Below the pieces are notes generated by a model. That model did no database searches. It was given only the letters and a program-made list of their open reading frames with translations, and was not told the DNA's origin. Below, one piece after another: positions 61,053 to 64,000 of a stretch of DNA of 64,000 nt. The position numbers and the translations under genes were made by a program. Numbering within the stretch: the first letter of the stretch is position 1; every line of letters begins with the position of its first letter. Location of the stretch: sequence record SRR31156797_3177. One strand, 5' to 3'.

Positions 61053-61550
61053 ATGACCATTCGAGCTGGCGTACTTTCAGATACCCATTTAATCCGTCCT
61101 GACAACCGTTTTAAAAGGCAAATCAAACATTGTTTTGATGACTGTGATATTATCATCCATGCAGGGGACATAACTGAACCGACTATATTAGAAGCACTTG
61201 GGAATAAATCAATATACGCTGTTCACGGGAACATGTGCAGTGCCGAACTCCATAAACAGCTGCCTGAAACCACAACTTTTCCTCTTGGAGACTTCATCAT
61301 CGGCCTCACCCATGGTGCAAGACTCGGATACGACATAGAAAAGCGTTTGTGGGATTTATTTCCCGAAGCAGACTGCATGATCTACGGTCATACCCACAGA
61401 CCTACCTGCCACAAAATCGGCCAGGTACTTATCGTCAATCCCGGAAGTTTTCAGGCTACAAGTCGTTACGGTGGACCAGGAACCTACGCCATTCTTGAGG
61501 CAGGTGAAACCTTGGTGGGAAAAATTTTTGAAATACCGCAAAGTCTATGA
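61053..61550 (+). CDS. YfcE/MJ0936-family phosphoesterase
   Basis: SDTH, HAGD, GN, THG, GHTH, NPGS. Confidence 0.9.
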   Translation: MTIRAGVLSDTHLIRPDNRFKRQIKHCFDDCDIIIHAGDITEPTILEALGNKSIYAVHGNMCSAELHKQLPETTTFPLGDFIIGLTHGARLGYDIEKRLWDLFPEADCMIYGHTHRPTCHKIGQVLIVNPGSFQATSRYGGPGTYAILEAGETLVGKIFEIPQSL

Positions 61551-62041
61551 AAACTCTTTGGACGCCATGGCGGATGGAACATGTTCTGGGTACAGCACCA
61601 AGAAACGAAGGCTGTATCTTCGAGCCACCTGGCACTGCCAGCCATGACAAACACAGCTTACTTCTCTATCGCGACGAGTGGATAGTTGTATTGCTCAACC
61701 GTTTTCCCTACGCCAACGGTCACCTCCTCGTTGCCCCAACGCGTCACCTTGCAGACTTGACTGATCTCACCTTACAGGAGCAGGGAAAGCTGATGCAAAT
61801 GATAACTAAGTGCTGCACCATCATAAGGGTAACCCTTGTCCCGGATGGTCTTAATGTCGGCATCAATCTGGGTCAAACGGCAGGTGCCGGCATTGCAGAC
61901 CATCTCCACTTTCACATCGTTCCCCGCTGGGATGGCGATCATAATTTTATGACCGTCTGTGCTGAGGTCCGAACCATTCCCCAGCACATCGAAAAGACCT
62001 TTGACAATCTCCTCCCCCATTTTTTGAAAGAACAGGTTTAA
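61547..62041 (+). CDS. HIT-family hydrolase
   Basis: LWTPWR, NRFPYANGHL, AGAGIADHLHFHIVPRW. Confidence 0.92.
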   Translation: MKTLWTPWRMEHVLGTAPRNEGCIFEPPGTASHDKHSLLLYRDEWIVVLLNRFPYANGHLLVAPTRHLADLTDLTLQEQGKLMQMITKCCTIIRVTLVPDGLNVGINLGQTAGAGIADHLHFHIVPRWDGDHNFMTVCAEVRTIPQHIEKTFDNLLPHFLKEQV

Positions 62042-62048
62042 CACCACC

Positions 62049-64000
62049 ATGACCACCAACGTAAAAATCACCCCAATGCTCCGGCAATACCTGGAAATAA
62101 AAGAAGCATACGATGACGCCATCCTTTTTTACAGAATGGGTGATTTTTATGAAATGTTTTTTGAGGATGCAGTCACAGCTTCTAAGGTTCTTGGTATTAC
62201 CCTTACATCCAGAAGCCACAAAGATGAAGCTAATAAAGTTCCGATGTGCGGCATTCCTTTCCATGCACTGACAGGCTACCTCGGCAAAATGATAAAATCC
62301 GGACATCGGGTTGCTATCTGCGAACAGGTCGAAGATCCGAAACACGCTAAGGGGATTGTTAAGAGGGAGGTGGTCCGTGTAGTCTCCCCTGGAGTCACCA
62401 CAGATGAACAAATTCTTGATGAAAAAACAAATTGTTACGTCTGCGCCTTAACCACCCCTAAAAAAACCGGGACCAAGCAAATCGTTGGCTTGAGTTTTAT
62501 CGATGCGTCCACAGGTGAATTTCTTGTAACAGAGCTTCCCTTTAACATCGATGATGCAACTGAACTCATCGACATAATGACCCGCATTAAACCGGCTGAA
62601 CTGATCTTTAATGAAAAAGACTGCGAACCCCAACATGCCCTTGCCAAGGTGATCACGGAAGCCCTCGGCGACATCTGCATTACCATGCGCCCAGACTTCC
62701 ACTTTGCACTGGATACAGCCCAAACAACACTGCTTGAACATTTCCACACCAGCAACCTTGCTGGTTTCGGGTGTGATAATCTCCCCACTGGTATCTGCGC
62801 AGCAGGTGCTCTCCTTAACTATATTCAAGACACCCAAAAATCTGCACTAAATCATATTCAGCAAATCAAACCACTCAACCAATCTGGTTTTCTGACCATT
62901 GATGATTCCTCCCGTCGCAACCTGGAACTGACTGAAACCATTGTCGGCGGGAAACGTGAAGGTTCCCTGCTTGCAGTCCTGGACTTTACCGCCACACCAA
63001 TGGGAGCAAGACTTCTGAGAAAACGTCTTCTTTTCCCACTGCAAGATCGATCCTCTATTGAAAAACGGCTCACAGCAGTAGAGGAACTTATTGAATCCCC
63101 GGTTTTAAGAAAAGATTTGCAAGCCTCTCTTTCATCAATCTATGACCTTGAACGTCTATGCAGTAGACTTGTCCTTGCCCAGGGCAATGCCAGAGACATG
63201 AGTGCATTAAAAATATCACTTGCTCAATTGCCGCTGCTGCGACAATCGATCAAAAGCTGTTCATCCCTTCTCTTCAACACTATACATAATCAACTGGATG
63301 AACTTGCAGAGCTGCATACTCTCATTGACAGCAGCATTCGTGATGACGCCCCTGTGAGTCTTCGTGAAGGCCGACTTATCAAAGAAGGCTACAATGCCAA
63401 ACTCGATGAGCTTCTTCTTCTTCTTCGGGATGATAAACAACTGATCCTCAAACTTGAAGCAAAAGAAAAAGAAAAAACCGGTATTTCGAAGCTAAAAGTA
63501 GGGTATAATAAGGTGTTCGGTTATTTTTTTGAAATAACCCGCAGTCAGGCGGGTGCAGTGCCGGAAAACTTTATCCGTAAACAAACTCTCGTTAACGCAG
63601 AGCGATTCATTACTCCTGAACTCAAAGAGCTTGAAAACTCCATTGCCACAGCCCAAGAAAAACGACTTGATCTGGAATATAAGCTTTTTTTGAATATTAG
63701 GGAATCTATTGCAGACCAAAGTAAGAGAATTCTCGATACTGCATATCAAGTAGCCAGAATAGACTTTCTGCTCAGCCTTTCTGCTGCAGCAGTAAAATAT
63801 CGTTACCGGAAGCCATCGATAAACGATGACCAACAAATTCACATTGAAGAGGGCCGGCACCCTGTTATAGAAAGGGCGCTCGAAGCAGGTCGTTTTGTAC
63901 CCAATGATGTTGAGCTTGACCAGCAACAACAACTCATTATCATTACCGGTCCCAATATGGCCGGAAAATCAACTGTCCTCAGGCAAACTGCCCTCATAAC
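62049..64000 (+). CDS. mutS: DNA mismatch repair protein MutS (partial; runs off the window)
   Basis: Hand translation MTTNVKITPMLRQYLEIK...FYRMGDFYEMFFEDA; GRHPVIE and TGPNMAGKST near the window end. Confidence 0.95.
   Translation, partial: MTTNVKITPMLRQYLEIKEAYDDAILFYRMGDFYEMFFEDAVTASKVLGITLTSRSHKDEANKVPMCGIPFHALTGYLGKMIKSGHRVAICEQVEDPKHAKGIVKREVVRVVSPGVTTDEQILDEKTNCYVCALTTPKKTGTKQIVGLSFIDASTGEFLVTELPFNIDDATELIDIMTRIKPAELIFNEKDCEPQHALAKVITEALGDICITMRPDFHFALDTAQTTLLEHFHTSNLAGFGCDNLPTGICAAGALLNYIQDTQKSALNHIQQIKPLNQSGFLTIDDSSRRNLELTETIVGGKREGSLLAVLDFTATPMGARLLRKRLLFPLQDRSSIEKRLTAVEELIESPVLRKDLQASLSSIYDLERLCSRLVLAQGNARDMSALKISLAQLPLLRQSIKSCSSLLFNTIHNQLDELAELHTLIDSSIRDDAPVSLREGRLIKEGYNAKLDELLLLLRDDKQLILKLEAKEKEKTGISKLKVGYNKVFGYFFEITRSQAGAVPENFIRKQTLVNAERFITPELKELENSIATAQEKRLDLEYKLFLNIRESIADQSKRILDTAYQVARIDFLLSLSAAAVKYRYRKPSINDDQQIHIEEGRHPVIERALEAGRFVPNDVELDQQQQLIIITGPNMAGKSTVLRQTALI

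Overview
Gene-dense chromosomal window, mostly housekeeping, from a dissimilatory sulfur-metabolising deltaproteobacterium. A canonical two-cysteine DsrC is present, and the gene content suggests Desulfobulbales (inference). Main blocks: split methionine synthase followed by an unannotated rubredoxin; a WYL regulator divergent from a gene of unknown function; short GlmU and PurH; a sirC-ccsA-hemA cluster with TlpA and a small exported ExtJ-like protein ending in Gly-Cys; surA-rodZ-recO; an SNF2 ATPase; ppiD; dsrC; ligA; a Cache-GGDEF cyclase convergent with a stand-alone Cache protein that has a sigma-54 promoter; cmoAB; M23 peptidase-bactofilin; rpmH-rnpA-yidD-yidC-jag-mnmE without adjacent dnaA; convergent trkA/trkH; mnmG-lgt; an Nth-Xth fusion followed by a NarL-type regulator and HU; a polysaccharide chain-length/ATPase/Tyr-kinase trio; efp-epmA; and the 5' part of mutS. 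Three genes absent from the ORF track were read by hand: rubredoxin, rpmH and partial mutS. I saw no rRNA, tRNA, CRISPR array, transposase or prophage. The best candidates for undescribed systems are the metH-rubredoxin operon, the WYL/unknown-gene pair, the nth-xth/regulator/HU module and the ExtJ-like/TlpA pair. All product calls are from motif recognition, not database searches.
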